From: Squalus acanthias
Lineage: Eukaryota
NCBI GenBank assembly: GCA_030390025.1
Contig: CM059427.1
Location: 47,120,001 to 47,184,000, forward strand
DNA: 64,000 bases
Reading direction: 5' to 3'
Position numbers and translations under genes: made by a program. The first letter of the stretch is position 1. Every line of letters starts with the position of its first letter. Below, piece by piece: positions 26,613 through 39,913 of this stretch. The notes beneath the pieces are model-generated. The model saw only the letters and a list, made by a program, of their open reading frames with translations. It did no database searches and was not told where the DNA came from.

Positions 26613-28782
26613 ACTAATACAAAAGGAATATACTGAAAGAAACCTGCATTTCTAATTTATTGTTAAAATTGCAAAGATCTCATCTAAGAAAGTGTTTTTC
26701 AATTTTTGGTTGGCACTTTAGTTTTATACTAAAAGATATGCTGCACCGTTAAACAGTACATTTCCCTTATTGCTCTTGACAACATTTTGTCACAATTTAC
26801 CATCAAAAAAGAGTGTAAAGTCTATAAAATTATATGATACTGAATATTGAAAAGGACAAACATTAAAATTGATATTTAAAAGTTAGTTGCCATAATCTGG
26901 AAGACTGGAATATGTTGAAGTTTTTTTTACGTGGTACAACAATAAAATAAACCTAATCTACTAACGGCCCTCATGGAGTTAATTGGACAGTCAGATATTA
27001 AAATGGTACTTTCCACTAAAATAAAATGATTCAGTGATTCAGCATTCTTCATTTAAATAAAGCCTGCTAATATGCAGCTTATGTTAAAACAATGTTATGA
27101 TATTCCCCTTGTGTTCATGTAAGTGTATTAAATAATGTTGAATGCAATCATGAGTCACCTGAAACTAGGCAGAAAAACTGAAGTGTTTGTTGAAATTTGT
27201 CAATACCGGTAAAGAGCAAGTGATCAAAAGAACACAATGAAAATCTATTTATTATTCTCTATGATCTGCATGTTGGATTTTCTTTCCTTATTAATGAACA
27301 CGTTGCAAAACATTATTCTGTGGCTTCTACTCGAGTAGCATTAGAAACAGAATGTGCTTCCATTACAGTATTAACCCTTTCATGAGCATAACTCTGCATT
27401 TAGATTTCAACAAAATGCACTCCAGACAGCATTAACATATATTTCTTCTACCACTGCTATATTAACTTTTTGTTTGAACAATAATATGTTACAACTATGT
27501 GGCATCCTGTGAATAAACTGGATGCAATTAAATGAAGTATTCAGCAAAACAAATAAATAATAATATTACTGTGTTTAACAGACAGAAGCAACATTCTGAG
27601 ATCACGTCATGAAAACTAGAACTTAATGTTGTTCTGCTATCTTTACAATCAGAACCGGAGGTGAACAGATTCTCTTTTATCTCTGGATATTTATTCTCAC
27701 TTTAGAGTACCTCATTTTTTACATAATTTAACCATAACCTAATTCAGATTTATGATTAACATGTTGAGCTCTGAATAAAATTAGGATCAAGAACAATTTT
27801 GTAAATAAAGCCATTTCAACCAATTGCTGTATATTTGTTAACATGCAAATGACTGTGAAACAACAATCTTATTCAAATTCGGTCTGTAGGAATCTAATTT
27901 TGGCATCTGAAAGATTTGTATGGCAAGAAGTTAGTTTTCCAAATCCTCAACCCTTAGAATTCATGTAGCCTCGGAAAAGCATTCTGTAATCTCAACCAAT
28001 CCACTTCTAGATTGTGGTAAATCCCATGATAAACTGAATGACAAGAAGTGAATTACAGCATAACATACACTGAATACAGAGCATCTCTACAGCAGTGAAT
28101 CTCTGTCCTCCTTCCGGTTTCACTAATTACACAATAACCAGAGAGTTGACAATGTATATTTGCAGCCACTAATTGTTATAACAATACCAGATACTAATTC
28201 AGGGAATCATTCCATCCTATTCCTATAACCAGCTTTTTTAAATGTATGGCATACCCCAATGTAACCTTGACAAGCAAGCAAATAAAGGAAGGTTCTTACA
28301 CTGTAGCTCTGTCTACTGCAGTTTATGCCTCAGCTGATAGTTGCTGAAAGCACAGTCTCAAGATCATAAATAACCAGTTTCTTCTGGCAAAGCAATTCAA
28401 ACAAAAAGGTGCAAAGAAAATAACGCTGAAGCTTAGATTAAGCAAATGGGTTGTACGCTCTGCTTCAGTTTGAATGAAAACTGTTAGGGAACTTCGACAG
28501 TAAACATGTTTATTCTGAACTGCAAATAAAAGATAGAACTTGAAAACAATAATATTGTTAACAAATCAGCTGTTTTAGTTTGCTCACATTTTCAAGGAAA
28601 ATGCATTTGGAAATTCACATTTCAATGATGCAAGAAAAGATGACTGGAATTCTGCTGTGACATATATATATAAAAAAAACTCACTGTAAAATATCAGCTT
28701 ATATAGATCATCACATTTAAAGTTATTCTGTTACAACCGAAAGTGGAAAAATATAAAATAACATGTCTTAAGAGACCAATAC

Positions 28783-28842
28783 CTGGTCTTGTTGCTGCTG
28801 GCTTCCCCTCCCCATGTTAGGCTGCTCCTTCATGGCTGTCAT
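28783..28842 (-). CDS. Candidate first coding exon of an unidentified host gene (MTAMKEQPNMGRGSQQQQDQ, phase-0 donor)
   Basis: ATGs in good Kozak context (acaATGa, gccATGa); 20 open codons ending CAG|GTATTG at 28783/28782; unique, GC-elevated sequence inside a TE-poor block. Confidence 0.45.
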
Positions 28843-29560
28843 TGTAGATTTTGGGCACACTTACTCACTCGCAGTTCAGTATTAGGCTCCTAACTTGGCA
28901 GCTGATGCATGACAGGTCTCTTTCTTGAAAGCCTGAAAACTGCAGCTGAAGATAACAGCAAAGCAGGAGCAGCCCCTGAAGTTCCCACTGCCTGGCCTGC
29001 CAACCTGCTGCAAGTCCCCTCAATCAGGGCAAATGCTATAATGAAGAAGCAAATGTGGAGAGGCGGATTAAAATTAAACTATCAAGGCACTAGGCAGTCC
29101 GGGTGACAAGGTGCCAACACACCTGTGTGCTGTAATGCACATTCTCAAGGAACTTGGGAACAAAAAGGCAAGGCCAAGAGCAACCCTCAAAGCTCAACTA
29201 CAAGCATTTAAAACCTTACTGTCATGTCAGTAAATTACAGAGTCTGACAGGTAAGCTCTCGCTGCTCTCTGCTCTTCTCTTCTGCAGTGCTCGCTGCCAC
29301 TGATTAGCACATCTGGAGGAAAATCAAATGTCAAATTCAGTTTCCCTCCCTCAGCGGGAAGAAACCATTTCAGATGAAAAAAGGAGGGGGGGAATTATCC
29401 AGTAAGCAGCGATGATCAAACAGCAGCAATGAGCAGGCCACTTAGTGATTAGTCAGGTCCTTCCTAGCAACCTTGCCTGTCAGTCAGGAAGCAAGTGCTG
29501 CCTCATGCAAATTAGCAGCCTTAATAAATACGGTGACCCACCATGCTGCAATGTGTATTC
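28843..29560 (-). promoter_or_regulatory. Candidate 5' UTR and non-CpG-island promoter
   Basis: Purine-rich leader (rc gcagaagagaagagcagagagcagcgagag at ~29257-29290), E-boxes CAGATG, octamer ATGCAAAT at ~29505; no repeats recognised. Confidence 0.4.
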
Positions 29561-30584
29561 TTTAATTATGCCTCTTGTGAGAAATAATGAAACCTTAAAG
29601 TGGTGAGTGCATAAAGATAGCTTGCTGCATTAAAATATCAATTAACCCATCTCCATGGAAATGCATGAGAGTTGTTAGTGCAGCCTTAGAGGGCAGTCAA
29701 TATGCTGTGACTAAAGAAAAAGCAAACCAGGTTTGTTGTATTTTTTAAAATCTGCATAAAAATAGATGACTTAATAATTAATATAATTAATGTTGAGTGT
29801 CGATATATTCACAATGTGCGTATGGAAAGGCAATATTTTAGAAATTTATATTAAAAAAAACTGATAACCACAAATTCCCATATTTCAAAATCAAATTACT
29901 GTATTTAAGATTATGAAAATGTATAGATTTCAACTGATTATGAAAATATAATATTCATGTCTGCATAAATACTAATAATTTTCAAACCAAGATCAGCTGT
30001 ACAAAATGCACAGAACATTCTATCCATATTTTTGTAAAATAATTAATTCAAATGAGCTTAATGGAGTATCAGTTTATTACTGCAGCACCAGTTTCTCATT
30101 TCTGAATAATTGATAAGGCAGAAGGGATGTTATTTTCTCCTTGTGCTGCATTATCATTATTATCTAATCACTTAAAGGGAATTCTTCCCTATTTAAAATG
30201 TGAGACCTTGTGTTAGTTACCTCACAAAAAACAAATCCTCCCAGCTGTTCAATTCACTATTTGATGCTGAACAATTCCAGTGATTCTCTTGGCAGGGCGG
30301 GAGGAGGTCAATTAAAGTGAGTAGTGTCAGGCTTTGGGAATGGGATACTTTTTGCCTCAATTTTGTCTTCCAGTTCAAACACTCCCAGTTAAGGTACAAC
30401 ACAAACCAATCCTGAGCAAGACTTTCTTTACTTTGTCTCTTAAAGCTGATCTTCGAAAAGCTTGCCTTTCTTTACTGCTTGATTATTTTGACTTCCCACA
30501 TCAGCAACCCTTCTGGGCTGAGTGGTATTGCTCATTTAGTACCAAATTATTGGCAGTTTTGTGCTTCAGGCCTATGCCCAGTAA

Positions 30585-30720
30585 AAGTGTTTGAAATTCC
30601 CCAAACTTATTTCATATAGGACCCTTCTGAGCAGCATTGTGAAAAGACTTTCATTGCATCAGTCTGGCCTGGATTTGAACTGGGATCCCAGAGATGAAAG
30701 GATAGTGCGCAAATCCAACT
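30585..30720 (-). mobile_element. LF-SINE-like tRNA-derived SINE head
   Basis: rc cactatcctttcatctctgggatcccagttcaaatccaggcc..gaaagtc..cctatatgaaataagttt includes a B-box GTTCAAATCC and resembles the LF-SINE 5' end. Confidence 0.55.
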
Positions 30721-31549
30721 TTACACGTTACATTTTTTAACCACTGGGAACGCCATTATTATTTCTTCCTGTGGTGCATTTAGGCAATATGATATTACTG
30801 AGACCACCATGTGTTGAACAGCTGTACTACATTAAAAGCTTTGATCCATACGCACTACAAATAATTATAATTTGCATTTGGAATAAGATATTGAAGTTTA
30901 TATAGGGTAAATAGCTGTTAGTTCCTCACAACATACTGTATCCTTTTGCCCCTTGGCCTAGGATAGTGTGTATGATCAAAGCACTTGTATAATTGATTAT
31001 TCATTACACACGAGGTATCAGCATACAGTGACAGCCATCAAAAATGATTTGGAAAGATAATTCAAGATGTACAACAAGTTGAAACATTAATTTATAGGAT
31101 ATTCTGGCTAAAGGGAATAAGAAACATAATAACAACATGAGAGAAAGGGAACAGTTAAATGAAGGAACTGACTAAATCAATGTTTTTAAGTTTAATTTTA
31201 AATAATGCAAATACAAACTGACTTAGCAATTAGACAACAATGCTAGAATTGGGGCTATAGTTTTAACGTGCTTATCATTGGAAAATTTTGAGGATCATTT
31301 TGTTGAAGGATTGCTGTATTTAATGTATTAACACACACGGGTCATACTGGGCTCGTCAGCCACAATAAAAATATACTACTAACAAAACTCTTAGTCATGT
31401 TCATCCATTCGGAAACAGATTAGAGAGATTGGTGGTGAAAGAATTCAGTAAGTGTTAGATTTTCATCATAGGTAGCCTAACTCCGTATGACCTCATTCAG
31501 TATATAACCTTGTCTGGGTTTAATCCATTTAAGCACAGTAGTGGCACAG

Positions 31550-31700
31550 CATGTTAGCAGGATTGTTCTTTCATTTCTGGAACCTAGGTTCAATGGCAGT
31601 CTAGATGGATGCAAAGGAGGTCTCCTCTCTTAGCCTCTAAATCAATGTTGAGGTTATGAGTCTCAAATGAAATTAGTTTAGATGGTGCAAGTCAACATAT
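31550..31700 (+). mobile_element. Degraded LF-SINE-like head
   Basis: ctttcatttctggaacctaggttcaa..atgaaattagttt is similar to 30585-30720. Confidence 0.35.
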
Positions 31701-31974
31701 GACAGCTGTGGAGTGCACCTTGAGTTTCAGGGTACAATATAAGAACCTTAAGCTTAAAACCTCCTCCCAACAGACACAAAAGGATTCTTTTGACAGACAT
31801 GAAGCACTAAACAGCTGCAAAATGTCACTACAATTCCTTTTTACCTACAGTGCCTGGAGGCATGGTGGCACAGCACGTTAGTCCAGCGACCCAAGATATG
31901 GGGTTCTGCTCATAATTTTCTGATCTCCATTTTGGGTAGGTGATGAATAGAAGTGAGGCATTTTCACATAGTAG

Positions 31975-32135
31975 CAGTATACGATACAGCACAGAACAAG
32001 GCCATTCAGCCCATCGTGCCTGTTTGGTAAAGCTATCCAATTAATTCTACTCCCCTGCTCTTTCCCCATAATCCTGTAAATCTTTTCCCTTCAAGTATTT
32101 CTCCAATTCCCTTTTGAAATTTACCATTGCATTTG
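31975..32135 (-). mobile_element. CR1 3' tail
   Basis: cagcacagaacaaggccattcagccc..ttcccttcaagtatttctccaattccc. Confidence 0.8.
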
Positions 32136-32792
32136 CTGGATTCAATGCAGGAAAATGCACAGGAGAAGTTAGCTGTAGCTGCTTCGGCACATCTCCAGGT
32201 AATCAATTATAGAGGCCTACAAGTAATTTACTGGACTCTTTGTTGGCTAGAAAATGGTGTGTAATACTGAGGAGGGAAGAGAACCAGAACTGGATGCGAT
32301 ATTTGGGAGAGGAGAGAGGTGGGGAGGTAGAGACAGAGAAGGAGAGCCAAAAGAGATGGTCAAATAATAATTCTTTTAAGTATTACTGGGTGAACCATAG
32401 CCAATGGGCAGAAAGTGGTTGCATTTTAAGTTCTCTAGTGAGAACACCTTTACAGTTGACAGAGAGCCAGACAGCCCCCTACACATCCATAATCTATAGA
32501 CTCAACTAGACTATAATTGGGAGACAGGCAAAAGCAACTGTGTTCCCCATTTCTCAATTATTCATTTTTGTAGTTGATTTCAAGAGCAAAATGTATATCA
32601 TTAAGACAGCAACTATATCATCATCATTATCCTTGGACTTTAACATCTTTATTCCTCACTGGGCCTAAAGCTTGGGCAGTATTAATCAAAGATTCCATTA
32701 TAGCACAACATTAAGATGTAGGAATAGTGAAAAAGCTGAATTGATTTGGCTAGAGTTAGGATCAAGAAGGGAACTGTTACTCTGAGTTTATT

Positions 32793-33186
32793 ACATAGGA
32801 TTACATAGGATATACGGCACAGAAACAGGCCATTCGGCCCAACCAGTCCATGCCGGCAATTATGCTCCACTCGAGCCTCTTCCCGTCTTTCCTCATCTAA
32901 ATCTATCGGCGTAACCCTCGATTCCCTTCTCCCTCATATGCTTGTCTAACCTCCCCTTAAATGCGTCTATACTATTCGCTTCAGTCACTCCCTGTGGTAG
33001 CGAGTTCCATATTCTCACCACTCTTTGGGTAAAGAAGTTTCTTCTGAATTCCCTATTGGATTTCTTGGTGACTATCTTATATCGATGGCCTCTAGTTATG
33101 CTCTTCCCCACAAGTGGAAACACTCTCTCTGTATCCACTCTATCAAAACCTTTCATAATTTTAAAGACCTCTATTAGGTCACCTCT
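32793..33186 (-). mobile_element. Young CR1 3' fragment
   Basis: RGDLIEVFKIMKGFDRVD..WNSLPQGVTEANSIDAFKGRLDK; repeated tail acataggatt. Confidence 0.93.
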
Positions 33187-33189
33187 ATT

Positions 33190-35090
33190 GTAGATGACCG
33201 AATAGTGGAAAGGAGACACAAAGAAATATGTAGTCACATTAGTGAAAAATGCAGAAATAACAGGGATGTTATAATGGATGACTGTAATTATTCAAAGCTA
33301 GTTTAGGGTAACAGTAATACAAGTGGCAATGAAAAGGAAGGGTTTTTACAACATGCGCAGGTCTGCTTTCCAGATCAGTATCTTTTTAATCCAAGGAGGG
33401 AAGTAATGCTTGATCTAGTTATAGGAAATAAAGTGGACTCGAATATAAAGGTAGGAGAACATCTAGGAAACAGCAACCATAAAATAATTAGGTTTGATAT
33501 AAAAAGTGATAAAGGTACTTGACTGAAAAAAAGCAAATTCCATTGAAATAAAAGGGAATTAGACAAAAAAGGGTAGATAAGACAGTGGACAAGCAATGGG
33601 GAACTTTCAAACAGGAGATGATTAGGGTACAAACTAGATACATTCACACATGAAGTAAAGGGGTGCAATGAGTAAAGAAATTACAAATACAATTAGACCT
33701 TAAGAGGCACATGACAAATCTTGGGCTAATAATATAAAAACAAAATTAGCAGTGGTATTGCATTGAAAACCTCACAGGCCCTGGCACAACTTCCATATCC
33801 TAGGATGTTTAAAAATTATGGTCAGAGCCTTTGCTATTTCCTCACTGACTTCCCTCAGCAATCTAGGATGCATAACACAGGTGCTGAGGGTCAGTTGTTT
33901 TTAAGGAGAGGGTTATGATGGTGGTTCTGAAAGGAAGGGGGAGGGGACTGTACCCAAGGAAAGGGAATCATTTACAATGAACACCAGCATAAGGCCATGA
34001 AGGAAAGGTGAGTAGAGGAGCAGAAGGTGAGCATCATGGACTGAGGTAGGGGAGAGCCTTGAGGAAGGTTTGGCTTGGTGGGCAAGGGGTAGCTGAATCA
34101 ATGGTGACAAAGAAATCCATAAACTCCTCAGTTGAGGTTGCAAGGGGCAGGAGAGAGGGTTTTAAGGAAATGGTTGGTAATGGAGAATCTTTGCTCTCCA
34201 GGATGATTCTAAAGTAGTGGGCGGTTTTGGCAGAGGAGAACTTGATGTGGTCTAGCCAGATCTTGCCTTAGTGATAAGCCAGTTGTGCACTCGATACCCT
34301 CGAGTGTGCATCCCTTAGACGTAGGGAGCAAAGATAGGCCCATCTCAGAGGACATTATTGGAATAGGAGATGATGAGGATTTTGCTCAGGACAAAAGTAA
34401 ATGGTAAAACTTTAAAAAGAGTAGAAAAGCACAGAGACCTCGGGGATCACATACACAACATTTTAAAAGAAGACACCTTAATAAAGCTGTAAAAAATATG
34501 GGAGTCTAGATTTAATAAGTCGGAGCACAGAGTACAAATGCAATTATTAGTTGGGCTGCAGTTAATATAGTATGTCCCACTGTGGGCACCTTAATTTAGG
34601 AAGAATTTGAAAGCCATGCAGAGGGTACAAGAGATGCATTGAGATGATTCAAGGGATGAGAGATTTTAATTATGAAGAAAAAACTGTGGCTCTTTTCACT
34701 AGAACAAAGAAAATGAACAGATCATGGATAGAGGTGTTTAAAATTATGAAGGGTTATGATCAGGTAAATAAGGAAAAAAATATTCTGACTGGCCAGTGAG
34801 TCAGCAACTGGAAGACATCAGATTAAGAGCATCCCAAAAGAACTTTGGAAAAGGTTAAGGGAATGTTTTTATCTAAATGATGATTGAGACATAGAACGCC
34901 CTATCAAAAATAGTAATGGAAGTAGAATCCATAACATAGCTTTTAAAAAGGGAAGTGGATCAAAAGAAATACTTAAAAGGATATGGAAAAAAGCAGCGGA
35001 ATGGGACTAAGTGGAGAACTCCTACAGAGAATTAACTAAGCAGGATGAGCTTAATTGCCTCTTTCTGTACTGTGCAATTCTATGATTCGA
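33190..35090 (+). mobile_element. Old CR1 relics (EN region ~33260-33660, 3' region ~34395-35090) flanking an L2 fragment (minus strand, ~33900-34390)
   Basis: Decayed VIM.D.NY, MLDLVIGN, VGEHLGNSNHKIIRF motifs and CR1-type tail ttctatgattc; middle segment is similar to the reverse complement of the L2 at 11150-11600. Confidence 0.7.
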
Positions 35091-36393
35091 TAATTCTAAA
35101 TCCACCTTGATATCATTATAGCAAAAAATTAAAATGAACCTAACAGATTAAATTCTAAATCAAGTCCTTGCAAAATAGATAAAATTCATTTTTGTGCAAG
35201 CTATCAAATTTTCTGCATTCCAGCATTACAAAAGCTATTCATTAACATTTCAGCCTAGGAAGAGCATCCCCTAAATTTAGATATTGAATCATTAAATACT
35301 TTACCATTCTAAATCAGCCGTCGAAAAGCTACATCTCTGTGCAGATTTTTGTTGCAGAATCCATCATTGGCACATATGAACATGGGAAGATAGGAACTGG
35401 AGTAGACCATTCAGCCCTTTGAGCCTGTTACTCCATTCAATTAGAATGATCTGTACCTCAACATCACTACCAGCTTTTACTCCATATTCCTTAATACCCT
35501 TACCTAACAAATCAATGTCAGTCTTAAAAATGTCGATTGACTCAGCATGCACAGCGTTTTGAGGAAGAGTTTTCCAGATTTCCATTACCCCTTGTGTGAA
35601 AAAGTGCTCCCTGATTTCCCTCCTAGATGGCCTTGCTCTAATTTTAAGATTATGCCCCCTTGTCCTGGATTCCCTTACCAGAGGATTTAGTTTCCCTTTA
35701 TCTACCCTATCAAATCCCTTTATCATTTTAAAGACCTTGAATGGATCACCTCTCAACCTTCTAAACTCAAGGGAACATCGACCAAGTTTATGCAATCTGG
35801 TATAATTCTAGTGAATCTGCGCAGTACCCCATCTAAGGCCAATATATCCTTCCTGATGTTTTGTGCCCAAAATTGAAGGCAGTACTCCAGATGGGGTCTG
35901 ACCAAGGCTCTGTACAACTGAAGCATCACTATTCATTTTTGTATTCCAACCCTCTTGAGATAAAGGCCAACATTCCTTTAGCCTTTTTGATTACTTTTTG
36001 ATATTTGTGTTCATGGACACCTAAATCCCTTTGGGGGAGAAATTCAGTATCGGCCCATTTGGGGCGCAATTATAGGCCGGGCGCAAAGTTTAGCGCCTGG
36101 CGCAAATTATCGCCTCCGAATGCAAACTTGGCTTCTATCGCCCCTGGAGGTGATTGGAGCGCTAAATCAGGCACTACACACCTGTCTTAAGGCGCAAAGG
36201 TCGAGGAGCGAGGCGCTAACTCAGAGCGCTGGCGAAGCTCATGTGATGTCAGTCAGCAATGGAACACAGACACACTGGCGCCGGCCAGTTCTTAAAGGGG
36301 AGGGTCGATCTTGCTCTCCAGCCATACCCTGCTCATTGTAGCCTTGAATCTCGGCCTGGAGAGACCTGTACATCAATTCTGCTGCAAAGGACT

Positions 36394-38270
36394 ATGGAGA
36401 GGGCCAGGGAACGAGCTCAGCGCTTCAGCGACTGGGCCTTGGTGGCTCTGGTTGGCGCAGTGGAGCGCCGAAGAGCAATACTGTACCCAGAGAGTGGCAG
36501 GAGGCCATTGCCACATGACTACAGAAGAGTGTGGAGGGAGGTGGCTCATCACCTCTCCTCCAGGAGCATGATGCCCAGGACCCATACACAATGTCGGAAA
36601 AATTTAACGACCTCACTCGGGTGGTCAGAGTGAGTGGCTGCTTTTCAATACCTCTACATCCATCCATCTCAACCTCACTCTATGGCCAGAGGGTGTAAAA
36701 TCCCCAAAGCCCAACACTCATCCAAGACCTATGGCCATCTCATAAAACACACACGCACATTCCACACCTTGCATACATTAAGAGCTGTTCAACTATGGGA
36801 GGCACATCAGGCAAGCACATGGCTGCATACATTAAGGGCTATTCAACTATGGGCGGCACAACAGGCAAGCACATGGCTGCATACATTAAGGGCTATTCAA
36901 CTATGGGAGGCACATGGCTGCATATTTACTCAGACGCCATCCTTTTTCTTGCAGGCCAAGCTATCTCAACAGGCGGCAGCAGCAACGGACGGGTGGAGGG
37001 CTGCCTCAGCTGCAAACCTTCAGCGATCTGGAGGCACACGTACACAGGATCGTCGCAAGCCAGGTAATCGGTCCCGTCACCGCTAGAGATGTCAACCCCG
37101 TTCGGGACAGCAATAGTAAGGTCATCAGCTTTCTCTCCTCTTTCATTCCACTTGTTCCTCACAACACCTGCCTTTGACACTTTCAATCCAACTTACTAAA
37201 TCGCTGCACTCCTTCCTCCCTTACTGCCCCCCTGTCTTCACGCTAAAGCCACTCTTGTACCTCCCTGCTTTCAGATGGTGAATCACCAGCTGAGGAGACG
37301 GGCCCCTCAACCAACCAGTGGGAGCGACACCACAGGCGAGGAGGAGGAGGAAGAGGAAGCAAGAGCCTCAGCACCAGCGTCTCCTGAGGGAGCCCATGCT
37401 CACACTGGGACCACGTCTTCCCTGGAGGGCAGCAGGGGGGAAGGGTCTGATGAGGGTGAAGCTCCGGGACCCAGCGGGCTGCAGCAACACCATGGGGGTA
37501 GGGAAGCTCGGGGGCCTTCTCCCCAGAGGGAGAGCAGGCCAGCGAGTCCTGCTGCACTGGACGCAGAGGAGGAGCGGCTCATTGCAGAAATGAACACCCA
37601 GGCGGTGGACATGCACACTCAGCTCACGGGTGCAATGGGAAGGGTGCCCGAAAGCATTGATGGAATGGCAAGGAGTGTGGAGCACTCCGCTGCAGCACAG
37701 GCGGACGCAACGCAACTGCTTAGTGCTGCAATTCAGTCACTGGCTGCTGCCATCCAATCTCAGACTGCTCTCATGCAGTCTCAGATTGAGGCAACGCAAG
37801 CACTGACTGCTGCCATCGTTGCTGGTTCGGCCACATTGCCCCGGGGCTCTCACGGCGCCGCAGCAGTCCAGCAGATTGCTCCAGATGCTGAGGTGCTGCC
37901 CCGTGGGAGTGCCAGTGTGTCGGTCGAGCAGGGAGGTGCTGTCCTCTCTCAGGATGACAGCATTCCTGCTCCCACCACTGTCACGTCCCCATTGCACTTG
38001 CCACCGCCTGTAGCCCAGACTGCTGCCACCCATGCAGAATTAGTACAGTCTGCAGCCAGGCCCTCCAGGCCCAGAGCTGGTCGAGGGCATACTTCAAGGG
38101 CATCTGTAGTCTCAGGATCTGACATTCAGCAGCTTTCCACCAGCCTTGCTGCAACCACTGGGGCCACATTACGAAGGAGCAGTAGGGAGGGAAGTGCACA
38201 AGGGAGGGCGATCACCCTTGAAGGGCAAAAAGTAGGAGGTCTCAAGAAATGTTGGGAATGTTTTTATTAA
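36394..38270 (+). pseudogene. Harbinger Myb/SANT-like protein, 3 exons (36394-36629, 36955-37115, 37275-~38270), small frameshifts
   Basis: MERARERAQRFSDWALVALV..WREVA..RTHTQCRK.FNDL, donor GTGAGT at 36630; acceptor ttgcag, exon 2 NRRQQQRTGGG, donor GTAAGG at 37116; acceptor tttcag, acidic and Ala/Gln helical exon 3. Confidence 0.88.
36771..36924 (+). repeat. 54-bp tandem repeat, ~2.8 copies, in intron 1 of the Myb gene
   Basis: Units start gcatacattaag at 36771, 36825 and 36879. Confidence 0.95.
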
Positions 38271-38548
38271 AGGCCGAGGTTCGTCTGATAACTTTTGTTT
38301 AGTGTTTTGGCCATTATCTCCAGCTTGTGAGAACCAGTTATGTTAATGATTGATTTGTTGTGTTTGTTTCTATTAGTTTGTCATGAATAAATAACACACA
38401 CAGAGTTTGTAAAATAAAAAAAGTTGTTGTATTCAAAATGTACATGTTTGGCCTTTGGAATCATTGCTGCCTTGGCCGGCTATAGGGGTTGCGGGTTGCT
38501 TTCCATCATGTTGTTCTCCATGCCAGAAGCCATCTTCTGAGTAGGGGC

Positions 38549-39694
38549 CTAGAAGCGGCTTGTTATCAGCCGTTGACAGACGGCCCTTGCAGTTTCAACA
38601 TTGTGGGCCTCCCTCCCGCCTTGGTGCTGCTGCTGATCATCCTCTTCCTCCTCCTCCTCCTCCGGTGGTGCACCAATGCCTGGTGGCATTGGCTGGGTCC
38701 TAAGGATTGCAAGGTTATGAAGAATGCAGCAAACAACTATGAAGAGGGAGACTCACTCAGGAGAGTACTGCAGGGCTCCTCCTGAGTGGTCCAGACAGCG
38801 GAACCGTTGCTTTAGCAAGCCGATCATCTGCTCACTGATGTTCCTGGTAGCGATATGGCTCTCATTGTACCGCAGCTTGGCAGGGGTGTTGGGGTTACGG
38901 AACAGTGTCATCAGCCAGGTGCAGAGTGGATAACCCTTGTCCCCGAGGAGCCAACCACTTGGCTGATGCGGTGCCTGGAAAAGGTCTGGCACACCAGTCT
39001 GGCGCAGGATAAAAGCATCGTGGCTGTTGCCAGGATAGCGGGCATTGATGGCGAGTATCAGCTGTCTGTGGTCACAGACCAACTGGACATTTAAGGAGTG
39101 GAACCCCTTGCGGTTTCGGAAAACCTCTGCATTCTCATGCGGTGCACGCAATGCCACATACGTGCAGTCAATGGTGCCCTGCACCATGGGGAAGCCCACT
39201 ATCCTCGCAAAGCCCAATGCGCATTCATGCTATTTGGCTCAGGTCATCGGGAAAGAGATATACTGGCGTCTCCTTTTATAGAGGGAATTTATCACCTCCC
39301 GGATATGGCAATGGACCGCAAACTGGGAGATTTTGGCGATGTCTCCAGTAGCTGCTTGAAAGGAGCCGGTGGCATAAAAATTCAGAGCCACTGTGACCTT
39401 CACTGCCACCGACAGAGACGTCCTGCTCCTCAGTTGAGGCTGCAGATCTGGCTGCAGCAGGTGGCAGAGCTCAGTGACCACCTCCTTGCTGAAGCGCAGC
39501 CTGCGCAAAAACTGCTCCTCAGACAAATGAATGTAGGAGAATTGTTCCCGGAATAACCTGGGAGGGTAAGGTCTCCTGTGCAGAGGCCTGTTGGCCCTCC
39601 TCCCTCAGGCCATGATTGCCACTCTCTCGCTGCGTCTCTGATGCCTCCGATTCTGCAGGTGCAGGACGATGCCCCGAATCAGTGCAGCCCCCAA
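38549..39694 (-). pseudogene. Harbinger/HARBI1-like DDE transposase, 382 codons, no frameshift, 4 in-frame stops, ATG lost
   Basis: [79 protein letters not shown]; stops at 39605, 39239, 39230, 38753. Confidence 0.95.
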
Positions 39695-39913
39695 AGTCTC
39701 TTGACAATCGAAGCAATGAAGGTCAAATCCAAAAGAACCTGCAAACTGCTGCTCAGTAGCCAAAACTATTTCACACAGCGTTGACTCTCTGCAGAAGTCT
39801 CTCTCTCTCTCTCTCTCTCTCTCAGAATGAGTGGTGCAAAAATGTCTCCCACAAAAAAAGGCAGGAAGAGGGCGCCTTTAAATAGTGCTCCCCCAGCCCC
39901 TTCCCGACTGCAA

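Noticed and set aside
36634-37086. ORF with 18-aa repeats, or a CRISPR-like array
   Set aside because: Intronic 54-bp tandem repeat without spacers
37275-38270. 331-aa standalone ORF
   Set aside because: Its ATG directly follows a splice acceptor; it is exon 3 of the Harbinger Myb gene
38549-39694. Domesticated host HARBI1 gene
   Set aside because: In-frame stops, flanked by TIRs and TSD, and inserted in a CR1, so it is a transposon copy
39797-39822. (CT)n and (GA)n tracts (also ~48443-48480, ~61700-61722) and homopolymer runs
   Set aside because: Ordinary microsatellites, mostly internal to transposons
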